Source: Candidatus Bathyarchaeota archaeon | GTDB lineage: Archaea > Thermoproteota > Bathyarchaeia > Bathyarchaeales > Bathycorpusculaceae | Length of the DNA stretch: 64,000 bases | Reading direction: 5' to 3' | NCBI GenBank assembly: GCA_963767735.1 | Contig: CAVYES010000004.1 | Location: 224,001 to 288,000 of the forward strand | Shown here: in pieces, positions 40,103 to 51,074 of the stretch | Layout of the letters: each line of letters opens with the position of its first letter | How positions within the stretch are numbered: the stretch's first letter is position 1 | Notes under the pieces: generated by a model | What the model was told of the DNA's origin: nothing | The model's database searches: none | What the model saw: only the letters and a program-made list of their open reading frames with translations | Program-made: the position numbers and the translations under genes

Positions 40103-41028
40103 TTGACTGCAACAGAAACAAAAACTGTTGCGGGAGATGAAAGCCAAACCATAAAAGGTAAACTATTACAGTTTGCTCTCTACCTTAAACTGCAAGGATT
40201 GTCACCGGTAACTATTGAAGGCTGGAGCCAAAAACTTGAACGATTATCAAGAAATGCAAACCTAAACGACCCCGAGACCGTGAAATCTTTTCTAGCATTT
40301 CATACTATTTGCGATGCATCAAAACATTATTTCTGCACAGCTTACAACGCTTTTTTAAAATGGCAAGGAAAGACTTGGGTGCCTCCAAAATATATAGGAA
40401 CGCAGAAAATACCTGAGTTCATACCGACAGAAAAAGAAATCGATGACTTGATTGCTGGATGTGGACCCAAAACTGCAACAGTGCTTCAAACATTGAAAGA
40501 AACAGGTATGCGGATAGGTGAATGTTCACGCTTAACTTAGAGTTCCCTAAACACAGAAGCAAATACCTTAACGCTAAACAAACCTGAGAAAAACAGTTTG
40601 CCTCGAGTCTTTAAAGTATCAACCAAACTCATCGGAATGTTGCAACAAATGCCCAAGAAATCAGAACGAATCTTTCCAACCTCAAGCCGTCACATGGGAA
40701 TAGGCTTTGCTTCACAGCGGAATAAATTAGCTCGAAAACTTGGAAATCCACGACTTGCAAAATTCATTTTCACCTGATCAGACATTGGAAAGGCACGATG
40801 GAATATCACAAAACCCAAAACATAATCCATGTCCAGCGTTTGCTAGGTCATAAGAGCGTTTTGAATACACAGCTGTACGTTAATCTTGAACAAGCAATCT
40901 TTGAATTTAACGATCAATATGAGGTTAAGCTGGCTTCAACTGTGGAGGAAGCAGTAAAATTTGTAGAGGTCGGCTTTGAATACGTTACTGAAATGGATGG
41001 AAAGAAGCTGTTTAGGAAGCGCAAATAA
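40103..41028 (+). pseudogene. Tyrosine recombinase/integrase, disrupted by TAG at 40538-40540 and a frameshift near 40760
   Basis: ETGMRIGE (catalytic Arg), reconstructed HFHLIRHW (HxxR), LLGHKSVLNTQLY (His, Tyr). Confidence 0.88.
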
Positions 41029-41058
41029 CAGTAAGACTTTAGCGCTTTATTAAATTCA

Positions 41059-42165
41059 TTAGCGTTTTATGTGGTATTGGTCGATTACGTCTTTGGCTTT
41101 TTCTCTGCGTTCCCTGTGTTGTTCTAGGAATTTGTTGAGTTTGTCCGCTATGTCTTTTTTGCATTCTCCGCATAGCATTTCGCCTGCGCGGCATAGCCGT
41201 TCGCGTTCGGCAAGTTTCTCGGAGTCCTCCTCGAAGAGGTAGAAGTAGTATTGGAATATGCTGCAGACTGTTGGGTCAGCTCCTGTTTTTCGTTGTTCAG
41301 CAGCGGTGCCTTTGCCGCCCGTGAAAGCGTTCCAAATCTTCTTCTTCACCACGTCAGGCGGGTCTATGGTGAATATGCTGGTTTCTGGCATAGATGCGCT
41401 CATTTTTCCTCCTGCGCCCAGCCCGGGTAGGAAACGGCAGTGGATTTGAGCAGGTTTGTAGTAGCCGAGTTTTTGGGCTATATCGCGTGTTACCCTCCAG
41501 TACGGGTCTTGATCGATGGCGGCAGGGATAAGCGCTGGCACGTTCTCGCCTGTGAGTTTTTTGTGGATGAAGCATGGCGCGGCTTGGATTGCTGGCCAGA
41601 ATACCCAGCCGATGTTGGTGCTGTCTTGGAAGCCGAAGCTGCTGCGCGCTGTGCTGTAGGTTATGCGTTTGGCCACTTCCAATGTAATGTCGTAGAGCAA
41701 ATCGATGTCTTCGGTGTCGTAGATGATGAAGGTGTTTTCTGGTTTGAATCCGAGCGCTATGAGGTCTAAGGCGTTTTCATATGCGTATTTGCGCGTTTCT
41801 TTCAGGTTGGCGTCGTCATCTATAAGGTATTTTTCGTCGTCTGTTAGCTGGAAGTATAATCGAGTATTGAATTTTTGTTGAATGTGCAGCGTAAAAATCC
41901 ACGGAACCAAGTGCCCGATATGTACAGGTCCAGACGGTCCCCTGCCAGTGTAAAGAACAAATTTTATGCCTTTATCGTAGAGGTCCAAAACGGTGTCTAG
42001 GTCTCGTTGGCTGAAGAATATTTTTCTTTCAAGTTGAACGTGCAGTTTACCGGTTTGTTTCTCTATTCTTTCAAGTTGTTGGGTTGTTATTGGTTGGGTG
42101 CCGAATTCGCGTATTAGGCGTTCGTAGTCTACCTTGCCTTTTACTTCCCAAGGTGTAACAACCAT
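41059..42165 (-). CDS. trpS: Tryptophanyl-tRNA synthetase
   Basis: VTPWEV, YTGRGPSGPVHIGH, AIDQDPY, KMSAS; possible upstream in-frame ACG start at 42201. Confidence 0.97.
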   Translation of the reverse strand: MVVTPWEVKGKVDYERLIREFGTQPITTQQLERIEKQTGKLHVQLERKIFFSQRDLDTVLDLYDKGIKFVLYTGRGPSGPVHIGHLVPWIFTLHIQQKFNTRLYFQLTDDEKYLIDDDANLKETRKYAYENALDLIALGFKPENTFIIYDTEDIDLLYDITLEVAKRITYSTARSSFGFQDSTNIGWVFWPAIQAAPCFIHKKLTGENVPALIPAAIDQDPYWRVTRDIAQKLGYYKPAQIHCRFLPGLGAGGKMSASMPETSIFTIDPPDVVKKKIWNAFTGGKGTAAEQRKTGADPTVCSIFQYYFYLFEEDSEKLAERERLCRAGEMLCGECKKDIADKLNKFLEQHRERREKAKDVIDQYHIKR

Positions 42166-42390
42166 TTCATTATTGTTTTCTTCAGCATTAGATGAAGCCG
42201 TCTTTTATCACCAGTTATTGTCAAGAATGAATTCGTTTTTGAATATATCTTTTTTCACGAAGCTTACCCTTCTGGTCTGGTTATCTTTCCTTTGAGCTTT
42301 CAGTTCAAGAAAATATCAGGTTCAGATAACCTATTTGAAAAGGGTTTGCAATAGATTTTTTAATGTTTACTTTTAATCTTATTCGGGTGC

Positions 42391-43425
42391 ATGAATACGG
42401 GAGAAGAAATTTGGGTTCCGATGGATGGAGACACCTTTGTAACTAAAGACGGCTTCATACTGAACACCTTTGGATACGAGCATCCTGACGACCGCGTTTT
42501 TGCATTTCTCAAATACATTCCAGCAAAATTCAAAGAGCTCTTTAACGTGGAAATGCTGGAGCGAACATGGAAATTCGGCGAGAATCAGCTTTTCAGAGCA
42601 GAAAAACTCTACACAGCGAAAAATTACCAGACTTTTATTGAAGCCTTCCGCAAAAACTTTCCAGACTACCTTTACTATTGCCCTTTCCGCAACAAGGAGT
42701 TAATAACTGCACCGTTCGAGTTAATCCAGCAGGTTTTTGTTCCTAAAGACCGCTTGGTCTGGCTGGAGAACCTTCCGAAACGTGATAAGCTGCAACAGAT
42801 GGCTTTGGATCTTATCCATTTAATCTCTAAAGAATCAAACGTTCCCTTAAGCGACTTCGGCGTTCACGGCTCCATAGCTTTGAACATGCATGCGCCAGAG
42901 TCAGACATTGACTTTGTTATTTACGGCACAGAAAACTTCCGTTTAGTGGAAGAAGCCGTAGCAAGGCTTGTCAACGCCGCAAAATTAAGCTACATCATTG
43001 GTAACCGTATTGAAGCGGCAAGAAAATTCCAAGGAAAATACCTGGGCAAAATATTCATGTACAATGCAACGCAAAAGCCCGAGGAAGTTACAGCGAAATA
43101 CGGCGCGTACCGCTACATACCGCTTGACCCATTGCGCTTCCAAGCCACAGTTTGTGATGACACTGAAACCATGTATCGCCCATCAACATACAAAATCTCA
43201 GGCTACAAACCCCAAGACGATCAGTCAGAACTTGACTTAGACAAAGTTCCCATTCAAGTGGTCTCGAACATCGGCTGCTACAGAAACGTCGCTCGAGCAG
43301 GCAGCGAAATCAAAGTCGCAGGCAAACTAGAGAGAGTCGAATCGACAAGCTCAAGCGAAGTCTTCTATCAAGTGGTTGTTGGAACCGCAACTTCCGAGGA
43401 AGAATACATTTGGCCAACAGTTTGA
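42391..43425 (+). CDS. Pol-beta-like nucleotidyltransferase-domain protein (COG1665-like), paralogue 1
   Basis: [13 protein letters not shown]; GVHGS...SDIDFVIYG; C-terminal VAGKLE. Confidence 0.85.
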   Translation: MNTGEEIWVPMDGDTFVTKDGFILNTFGYEHPDDRVFAFLKYIPAKFKELFNVEMLERTWKFGENQLFRAEKLYTAKNYQTFIEAFRKNFPDYLYYCPFRNKELITAPFELIQQVFVPKDRLVWLENLPKRDKLQQMALDLIHLISKESNVPLSDFGVHGSIALNMHAPESDIDFVIYGTENFRLVEEAVARLVNAAKLSYIIGNRIEAARKFQGKYLGKIFMYNATQKPEEVTAKYGAYRYIPLDPLRFQATVCDDTETMYRPSTYKISGYKPQDDQSELDLDKVPIQVVSNIGCYRNVARAGSEIKVAGKLERVESTSSSEVFYQVVVGTATSEEEYIWPTV

Positions 43426-44483
43426 AACTGCGCGATCGAGACGCCATCGAAACATCTGAAGGCTTAATCTTCCGCGTCTTCGGCTACTCGCACCCGCAGG
43501 GTGCCTATGTATGCGACGCTGAATACGCCTCAGCAAAAATCTTCAACTCAGCTGACCCGCGGGCGCCCAGAACAGGCAAAGGGCAACTCTACTACAAATT
43601 CTACAACGACGAAGGCATGAAACTCGTATCTAAACGATACCCGCAGTACCTGATTTTCCACGAGATGCTTGGATTAAATCTTGTCGGCGTTAAAGACGAC
43701 GCCATGGCTGAGGCAAGAAAACCTGAGGTGCGGTTGCATGCTCTGCTGGAGGCAGGGCCAACAGACGAGCTGCTCGCGGCAATGGAACGCGTACTTATGA
43801 TATCGCTCAATAACTCGGGCTTAAAAATCGAGAACTTCGGCGTCTTCGGCTCAATGCTGCATGGATTTCATCATCCAAAATACTCAGACATAGACTTGAT
43901 AGTTTACGGCAAAAAAGAAAATACCAAAATGTGCGACACCCTCCAAGCTCTTTACACTGATAAGCAGTCTGGTTTTCACAACGAATTCAAGTCGGACCAA
44001 GCAATGGCGGGTAAGGATTGGCGGTTCAAAAATTTCACTGTAGAAGACTTCGTTTGGCATCAGCGAAGAAAACAAATCTACGGCTTATACGACGATAAAG
44101 CCAGTGGAAGAACTATAAAAGCCGAGTTTGAACCGGTGAGGGCTTGGAGCGAAATCAAATCAGAATACGATACCAAAACGAGAATTAATCAGAAAGGCTG
44201 GGTTAAACTCAAAGCCCGAATCACATCGGATGATGAAGCACCGTTCATCCCGTCAATATACGAAATTGAACCCATGGAAGTGTTAAATGGTGGTCCAGAA
44301 GCGCTTGAAGCTAAACGGGTTTTTTCTTTCATGGAAGAGTTTCGTCAGCAAGCGCAAAAAGACGAGGTAGTAATTGTTGAGGGTAATCTGGAAGAAGTTG
44401 TGTCGCCAGCTGATCGTTTTCATCAGGTTACGCTGACTTATTGCTCACGTTACTACGAGCAAACCTTGAAAGTACTGCACTAA
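43410..44483 (+). CDS. Nucleotidyltransferase-domain protein (COG1665-like), paralogue 2
   Basis: [18 protein letters not shown]...[15 protein letters not shown]. Confidence 0.85.
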   Translation: MANSLKLRDRDAIETSEGLIFRVFGYSHPQGAYVCDAEYASAKIFNSADPRAPRTGKGQLYYKFYNDEGMKLVSKRYPQYLIFHEMLGLNLVGVKDDAMAEARKPEVRLHALLEAGPTDELLAAMERVLMISLNNSGLKIENFGVFGSMLHGFHHPKYSDIDLIVYGKKENTKMCDTLQALYTDKQSGFHNEFKSDQAMAGKDWRFKNFTVEDFVWHQRRKQIYGLYDDKASGRTIKAEFEPVRAWSEIKSEYDTKTRINQKGWVKLKARITSDDEAPFIPSIYEIEPMEVLNGGPEALEAKRVFSFMEEFRQQAQKDEVVIVEGNLEEVVSPADRFHQVTLTYCSRYYEQTLKVLH

Positions 44484-45502
44484 ATATTTGAGAGAACCAT
44501 GTAGTCCGACGGCTTATTGCCCAGAATCAAACGGAAATGTTCGCTGCCCGTTTTCTTGTTTGTGACCAATTCAACTTTGCCCTGCGCCTCAACCGCCTCA
44601 CCGTTTGCCGCCTGCTCACAGAATCTGCCGCGGAACGAAACAATCTCCACTATTGGCGCCACTTTGGGTCCTTCAACAACCCGGACATCTTGCAATCTGT
44701 ACGTGCAGGGCGTGAAAAGCGCGTCGGTGCTGTCCGCTATGTTGGCTGTTATTTTACCGTAGCCACTGTTTTTAAAACACACGTCTCCATATTGCTCGTT
44801 TACTTCGCTCCAATCCTTCACAAAACGAATAAAATAGTCGGTTCCCATAAATTTGCCCTGAAACGCCTTTCGGCTTTCGACTAAAACGAAGTCTTCGAAG
44901 CTCATTTGGGTGTCTTTCGAACGGAAATCGAATAGCTCCTGCAGCTCCACTCGCGTGTAGGGCTTTAACCCTGAATCCTTGTCTTTGAGCAGATTCTGCA
45001 GGGCGGAGTAGGCTCTTCGGCAATTCTCAACCCCGTAAACCAGCGGGTCGATGTCTGATTTTTCAGTGGTTAATCCAGCCATTATTGACCCGGAAATGCC
45101 TATGCTGCTCCAGGGAATCTTCGCTTCTTTTTTTAAGCTTTCAGCTAGCTGCAAAGCCTTGCTCTCCAATACGTTTAGGTCCTTGGCTGTGCGCAGTGAC
45201 CAGAGTTTTTCTTCAGGCTTATAATGTTCAGCTACGTCTGAGATGGGAACTTCGCACATTGTTTCGCCAAAAACTGGGTCAAAAACTATCAAAGCGGGGT
45301 GATTTTCTTGCAGGTACTTGAACCTGTCACTTAGGCTGTAGACTTTGCCGTAAGTGGTGTCTTTGCCTTGTCTATTGCCCTGCGGAGAGGGAATAAATCT
45401 GGGAAACGCAACAATTTTGTCCGCTGGATGAACTAAGCCTTTAACATCGAACACCACACTGCTCTTAGTTTTAATTAAGTCGCCTTCACGAGCCCTCATC
45501 AA
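44480..45502 (-). CDS. Nucleotidyltransferase-domain protein (COG1665-like), paralogue 3
   Basis: REGDLIKT, GLVHP, GISGS...SDIDPLVYG, SFRGRFCEQA, AQGKVE. Confidence 0.85.
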   Translation of the reverse strand: MMRAREGDLIKTKSSVVFDVKGLVHPADKIVAFPRFIPSPQGNRQGKDTTYGKVYSLSDRFKYLQENHPALIVFDPVFGETMCEVPISDVAEHYKPEEKLWSLRTAKDLNVLESKALQLAESLKKEAKIPWSSIGISGSIMAGLTTEKSDIDPLVYGVENCRRAYSALQNLLKDKDSGLKPYTRVELQELFDFRSKDTQMSFEDFVLVESRKAFQGKFMGTDYFIRFVKDWSEVNEQYGDVCFKNSGYGKITANIADSTDALFTPCTYRLQDVRVVEGPKVAPIVEIVSFRGRFCEQAANGEAVEAQGKVELVTNKKTGSEHFRLILGNKPSDYMVLSNI

Positions 45503-46164
45503 ATTCGCTTTCTCCCAGCCTATGACTCTTTCAATTGCTTCTAAGTGTATTTAGCTTTTTGATATTTGTTTTTTGTTTGTCGAATAGAACAACAACAGCT
45601 GCGTTGCCATTTTTGTTCAAGTTTTTTTGGGTTGGTTTTTTGATTTAGAGGTTGAATCTGTTGTAGGATGTGTGCCAAAATGTGCCAAAATGTGTGGAAT
45701 TGTGAGAAAGACAGCTTCAGTTTTCTTTACTCGAGGGAAATTTCAGGGTGCAGTGAAGAGCCTTCGTTTGCGATTGAGCTGCTTGGTTTAGTAAAGAATG
45801 AAATTCAGAAAGATTTGGCGCATCAGAGCAGACGAGAGTTTATTGATTGTCTTTAATAGAACAACGATGGGGAGTTCTTGCTTAATTTTTGTTCTTTTTG
45901 TTTTGGCTTGCTTTTTTGAATCAAAGCTTAAATCGTTTGCAGGTTGCGTACACAGAAGCACACTAAAGCGCAAGAAAGCAAACAGAAGCACAAGGAAGTA
46001 TTTTGGTGTCCCTCGACTTATTCCAAAAAGGAGGCATTTTTGGGCTGCCGAAGGTAACCCGCGTTAATCTCAATGAATTTCGATTAGACAACGTTTAAAC
46101 TAAACAAGCCTGCCCGCATTTTTTTGTAAAGTTTAATAAACCTTCTTTTTACCACTTAAAGTCG

Positions 46165-47121
46165 GTGCATCCAATGTTCAACAATGAAAAGGGACAGCAC
46201 ATCTCCAAATGCTTACAATTGGCGATCCTGCTTGAAGTCAGCGCTGAAAAACCAGGCAACGTCAACTTGACGTCAAATTTTGAAGGAACGATATACCAGC
46301 ATTTCTTGGCTTCAGCCGTTGCCGCTGGGCCATCCTTCCAAGAAGCCGCTGGCCGAGGCATTAAAGTGGCAGAAAACAAACTTGGCGTAAGCGAGGTTGG
46401 CTTGGGACAACTCATCAAAACCTGCGCCGCCGATATTAATGCTTGGCAAAGAGGCGGAAACACGATTCTAGGCACAATAATGCTTTTTGCCCCAATCGCT
46501 GTAGCCGCAGGCATGACTCCAGCCAACAAAGATTACCTTTTTGATTTTTCCGTTTTACGCAAAAATATTGATTTAGCGGTTAAATCAACTACCGCATGGG
46601 ACTCGGTGCGTCTCTACGAGGCAGTAGATATCGCCAACCCAAGCGGTCTCAATGAAGCGCCCGACCTCGATGTCACCGACCCCAGCTCAAAAGAGCGTTT
46701 GATAAAAGAAAATGTCACGCTATTTAATGTCTTCAAAATCGCTTCAGCATACGATGATATCTGCGCCGAATGGGTAAACAATTATCCAGTAACCTTCGAC
46801 TTAGCATACCCATACTTACTGGAGCAGCTAAAAAGCAAGCCTTTGAACACAGCCGTCGTTCACACGTTCCTAAAAATCCTCTCACAGCGCCCCGACACTT
46901 TCATAACAAGAAAAGTTGGCAAAGAGAAAGCAGAGGAAGTGTCATCTGACGCCAAGGCTCTCTTGGAGCTTGGCGGGTTACAAACCGCGGAAGGCAAGAA
47001 AAGCATCAAAGAGTTTGATTTGAAATTGCGGTTATCCCAAAACAACTGTAATCCTGGAACGACAGCGGATTTAACAGCAGCTGCTTTAGCTCTTTGCACT
47101 CTCAGTGGATACAGACCTTGA
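46165..47121 (+). CDS. citG: CitG-like triphosphoribosyl-dephospho-CoA synthase family protein
   Basis: LEVSAEKPGNV, NTILG, PDTFITRK, NPGTTADLTAA. Confidence 0.9.
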   Translation: MHPMFNNEKGQHISKCLQLAILLEVSAEKPGNVNLTSNFEGTIYQHFLASAVAAGPSFQEAAGRGIKVAENKLGVSEVGLGQLIKTCAADINAWQRGGNTILGTIMLFAPIAVAAGMTPANKDYLFDFSVLRKNIDLAVKSTTAWDSVRLYEAVDIANPSGLNEAPDLDVTDPSSKERLIKENVTLFNVFKIASAYDDICAEWVNNYPVTFDLAYPYLLEQLKSKPLNTAVVHTFLKILSQRPDTFITRKVGKEKAEEVSSDAKALLELGGLQTAEGKKSIKEFDLKLRLSQNNCNPGTTADLTAAALALCTLSGYRP

Positions 47122-47172
47122 ACTAGATTGTAAAAAGTTATCGTGAGCGTGTTTTGAGAAGGCTTTTAAAAT

Positions 47173-47721
47173 ATGCCTGTTAGTTTAGAATCTATGCATT
47201 TGAGAAACATTGCAAGCGTGCTTAGGTGCAGAAGGTTTTGGGTTTGGGAGATTGGAGGCGCCGTTATCTATGCGGTTCCCGCCGCGATTCGGCTTGCGAT
47301 AGGCAGCTCTGTTTTGCCACTATTTAGTTTGTTAGCGACTCCCAGCCTTGGCTATTATGTCCCAAGCAACTTGGTTGAGAAGATTATTGTTAACGCATTT
47401 TTCCCTGGAGGCGCGGGAGCCATTGCAGGTGAACTATATTTTTCAAGTGCCTATGCTAAAAAACTTGAGGGCAAACAGAAGTACTTTGCTCGCCTCAGCG
47501 GCGCTTTGTTGCAGACGGGTGCTTGGTCGCTGCTTCAGCTTTCGGGTGGTCTGTTAGGAATTGCTGGGTCCTGGGGCGGAAACCTCTTTGAGTACCCGTC
47601 GGTTTTTCCGTTAAATTTCCTGTTGGCTTCGCTTTCGATTTTTACTCCTGACGTGCTTGGCTTTCTCAAAAAACAAGTTGGCAAGGCGTATGGCAGGTTA
47701 AAACGTGGGGAGCAGCGTTAA
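47173..47721 (+). CDS. Hypothetical membrane protein
   Basis: 182 aa with several hydrophobic segments. Confidence 0.7.
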   Translation: MPVSLESMHLRNIASVLRCRRFWVWEIGGAVIYAVPAAIRLAIGSSVLPLFSLLATPSLGYYVPSNLVEKIIVNAFFPGGAGAIAGELYFSSAYAKKLEGKQKYFARLSGALLQTGAWSLLQLSGGLLGIAGSWGGNLFEYPSVFPLNFLLASLSIFTPDVLGFLKKQVGKAYGRLKRGEQR

Positions 47722-47774
47722 GTTAATAATATCGAAATAGTAGTCAACAATAGACGTATTTGAAGTGATAAATC

Positions 47775-48734
47775 ATGGCAGCTTTAAGTGTTAACCAAAT
47801 GGCTTGGAATATAGCCCAAAAACTTCTCGATAACCCCGAATTCTACGGCTTAACCATTTCAAAATCAACCGCGGGAGCCACAATCGTTGACGCAGGAGTT
47901 AAAGCTCCAGGTGGCTTTCAAGCAGGCAAAAAACTAACCGAGCTTTGCTTGGGCGGAGCAGGAAAAGTCCAACTTGGCTTCAAAACCTACGGAGACCTAT
48001 CCTTTCCCTCAGTAACCGTCGCCTCTGACCATCCCGCCATCGCAATGCTGGGTTCCCAGTTTGCCGGCTGGCGTATTAAAGACGGGGACTCTGTAGCTAT
48101 CGGTTCAGGTCCAGCTCGCGCGTTGGCGTTGAAGCCTAAGGATGTTTACGAAGAAATAGGCTACAAGGACTCAAGCGATAGGGCAGTGCTTACGCTGGAG
48201 AGCAACAGCTTGCCTTCTGACGCACTTATTGAAAAAGTAATGTGTGCCAGCAACGTTTCAGCGGCAAACTTGATTGTTGTGGTTGCTCCAACCGCCAGCA
48301 TCGCTGGTTTAACCCAAGTCACGGGCAGAATAGTGGAAGTTGGCATACACAAACTCAGAACCCTCGGCTTAGGCCCCAAATTGATTCGTTACGCGATGGG
48401 TTACGCGCCGATTCCGCCGCTGGGCACCGATTTTGAAGTAGCAATGGCCCGCACAAACGACGCTATCCTCTACGGCGGCACAGTCTACTGCACCGTCGAC
48501 TATGACGATGAGGCTGCGCTGCAGAAGATTATTGAGCAGGCGCCGTCTATGGCTTCAAAAGATTATGGGAAACCGTTTCTGCAGATTTTCCGCGAAGCAG
48601 ACAAAGACTTCTACAAAATAGACCACGGCTTATTCGCGCCGGCAGTGCTGATGGTAAACAACGCTAAAACTGGCAGGACATTCAAGGCAGGACAAATTAA
48701 TCCTAAGGTACTAGCTGAATCCCTAGGATTCTAA
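47775..48734 (+). CDS. mch: Methenyltetrahydromethanopterin cyclohydrolase
   Basis: LSVN, GSQFAGW, GSGPARALA, APTASIAG, MARTNDAILYGG, DFYKID..LFAPA. Confidence 0.95.
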   Translation: MAALSVNQMAWNIAQKLLDNPEFYGLTISKSTAGATIVDAGVKAPGGFQAGKKLTELCLGGAGKVQLGFKTYGDLSFPSVTVASDHPAIAMLGSQFAGWRIKDGDSVAIGSGPARALALKPKDVYEEIGYKDSSDRAVLTLESNSLPSDALIEKVMCASNVSAANLIVVVAPTASIAGLTQVTGRIVEVGIHKLRTLGLGPKLIRYAMGYAPIPPLGTDFEVAMARTNDAILYGGTVYCTVDYDDEAALQKIIEQAPSMASKDYGKPFLQIFREADKDFYKIDHGLFAPAVLMVNNAKTGRTFKAGQINPKVLAESLGF

Positions 48735-48746
48735 GGCTTTCTTTTT

Positions 48747-49331
48747 TTATTGTAATTTGAATCTTGAAGTTATTGGTATTGCTATTGCGATGGCGATTGG
48801 TATTGTGTACAATGCGACTGTTGCGTTGAAAAGCGCGCTCAGCGGCAGAAAAGCCAAAGCAGCAGGTTGAGTAAAAGAGAAGCCTATTGGATATGGCTGC
48901 TGTATCGAAAAGTAGTTTACAACCGTTGTAACTACGACGCGCATTATGATTCCTAATGCTGTTGCTGATATGCTTATTATTTTTATGTGCTGTTTAAGGT
49001 AGTTGCTAAAGTTTTCTGTTTTACACCCTCGAACGGCAAGCTGGTATGGTAAATAGATTCCTAAAAACATTGATAGGATTGCGATAAGGTTGTACAGTGG
49101 TCCGGCATTTGCACCGGGGTTAAAAACGGCAAAAAGAATAAGAGTGTTGATTGCTGCAACTGCGACGCCTACTTTTGGTCCTATTGCTATAAAGGCCAAG
49201 GCTATTGGAATTTCCCATAGTTGATAGTAGAGGAATGGTGAGTAAGGTGCCGGAATTTTTGGTCCTGCAATGTTTAGTGCTGCGGCTAATGCAACGAAGA
49301 CTATGATTAACGCTAGTGTTTTGGTATTCAT
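48747..49331 (-). CDS. ECF transporter S-component-like membrane protein
   Basis: KIPAPYSPFLYYQLWEIP; about six TM helices. Confidence 0.75.
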   Translation of the reverse strand: MNTKTLALIIVFVALAAALNIAGPKIPAPYSPFLYYQLWEIPIALAFIAIGPKVGVAVAAINTLILFAVFNPGANAGPLYNLIAILSMFLGIYLPYQLAVRGCKTENFSNYLKQHIKIISISATALGIIMRVVVTTVVNYFSIQQPYPIGFSFTQPAALAFLPLSALFNATVALYTIPIAIAIAIPITSRFKLQ

Positions 49332-49467
49332 TTGTTTGCACGTCTGCTTGTTGATTGCCTCGTTAGCTATTTAAGAGTAACTACTCAAAAATGGGTGGTG
49401 AATCAGCATAAAATTTGGAAATAGTGATAAATAAGCCAACATAAGATAAGATATACAGGGAAGCCAA

Positions 49468-50721
49468 TTGACGGAAACAACGGTCCAGTTCACATCATCT
49501 GATGAAGTTAAGCGGTGGCTTGAAAACAAGACAAGCTCAATCCTCTCGCCTGTACATGCCCAAGCCAAAAGATTAAGGGACGATATGAACGCAGCAATCG
49601 AGGCTGTCAGAGACGTAAGCCAGATGCTTCTGGACAATAGTACACGAGAAATTGAAAGAAGAAACATGAAAGTTTACAACCGAGCCAGAGCCCTAAACAA
49701 AATTGCTCATTTATTTCTCGACCGCCTCAAAAAAATCACTCCTCCAGAAGAAATTTCCTATGACACCTTAAGTAAATATGCTCAGGAAATTCAAAAAGTC
49801 TTCATCGTAATTGATATCGACATTAAGAATTGGTTTCCGAGAATTTCACCCTTCTTTATCATGGATAGAAGAAAATTTTCAGCCATTTATGAACGATCTA
49901 AGCAAGCATATGCAACCCTCAATGACTTTGTCACTAAAGAGTACGTTAAAACTAAAACTTTGGAAGAGGCCTTCCAGCTTCTAAATGAACTTCAAAGCGT
50001 TCAACAACAATTAGCTTCAATTGGAGAAGAAAAAGGAAAAATAACGGATGAGCGCACACCGATCGACAAAGAAATCGCTGAACTGGAACAAAAAATTACT
50101 GAGTTGAAAAATAGCGGACCGATTGATAAGCTCAACGCGGTGAACGCCGAAATAGATGTGTTGAGCTGTGAATTGAAACATTCAATCAGGTATCTGCAAA
50201 AACCGTTCATAAAAATGCAGGCATTAGCCACCACGGGCGGCGGAGGCGGAATAACTCCGGACGAGCTTAGCAAGGTGAATCAGTATTTGGAGAATCCTTT
50301 TGAAGCTTTGATTGCTGAGGAGATTGGTTATCCGATGCTTAAGGAGATTTTGCAGAAGCTTGAGGGTTTAATGGCTGAGGACAAGCTTAAACTAAAATCT
50401 GATAAAGCAAGGAAAGCCGAACAGTCCATAAGCGAGATCCTGAAGACCGACGCGCTCCTAAAGCTTCAAACAAAATGCGTGGAAATGGCAACAACAAGCG
50501 AACAGTTGTCAGGTTCCCCAATGATGGATGAAGTAAAACGCAACCTATCCGTGTTTCAGGGGCAACTTGACCAGCTAAAAGCGAGAAAAACCAGCTTAGA
50601 AACACATGAAGCAGTTAAAGAAAATGCGCATAAAGAGGCTGTTGATAAAATCAGCAATCTCAAGCGGTCGATTGAAAGAAATATTTACAGCTCTATTGAA
50701 ATAAAAGTTCAAATTCCATAG
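49468..50721 (+). CDS. Coiled-coil hypothetical protein
   Basis: 417 aa, helical and rich in K/E/L; no Walker motif seen. Confidence 0.8.
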   Translation: MTETTVQFTSSDEVKRWLENKTSSILSPVHAQAKRLRDDMNAAIEAVRDVSQMLLDNSTREIERRNMKVYNRARALNKIAHLFLDRLKKITPPEEISYDTLSKYAQEIQKVFIVIDIDIKNWFPRISPFFIMDRRKFSAIYERSKQAYATLNDFVTKEYVKTKTLEEAFQLLNELQSVQQQLASIGEEKGKITDERTPIDKEIAELEQKITELKNSGPIDKLNAVNAEIDVLSCELKHSIRYLQKPFIKMQALATTGGGGGITPDELSKVNQYLENPFEALIAEEIGYPMLKEILQKLEGLMAEDKLKLKSDKARKAEQSISEILKTDALLKLQTKCVEMATTSEQLSGSPMMDEVKRNLSVFQGQLDQLKARKTSLETHEAVKENAHKEAVDKISNLKRSIERNIYSSIEIKVQIP

Positions 50722-51074
50722 TTGGCATGGTCAAAGTAGACAACTAAGTTTTCAATGTTGAAAAGCCATTTGTGTGGAACTGCTCAATAATAGTTGTTTT
50801 ATGTTTATCGAGTAGAAAAGAGTCAAAATTTTCAGTTCAAGCTAAATTCGCAAGCAAAACCCTTGCATGCTGATTGTTGACTTACAATAAAACGCTTTGC
50901 TTTTTTTGACGTGCGATATGCAATTACTCGAACTCAAAGCTTATGTCGAAATGCTTAATTGCTTCGTCAGCGCTAGCTGAAATTATAATTGATTGCTTCT
51001 TGCTGTAATGTTGATTAGGTTGAGGACGCATCAAGATAATAAACTATTCAAGTTAACTAAGGCAAAGAGGATTA

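Larger units (their letters stand above)
24850..41030. mobile_element. AT-rich accessory island or decayed integrative element(s); boundaries approximate
   Basis: Small orphan ORFs, two IS elements, pseudogenes and a terminal tyrosine integrase between housekeeping genes; no flanking att pair seen. Confidence 0.55.

Noticed and set aside
40538-40540. Integrase TAG as pyrrolysine or read-through
   Set aside because: It falls where Trp (TGG) is expected in RLTW, and the gene also has a frameshift; simple decay explains it
31235-41028. Zn-ribbon fragment plus integrase as an SSV-type split integrase
   Set aside because: The order (N-fragment before C-fragment on the same strand) is the reverse of that expected after integration, and no matching att lies by the integrase
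45670-45695. TGTGCCAAAA direct repeat and nearby short ORFs
   Set aside because: Only two copies, and the overlapping ORFs show no coding signal
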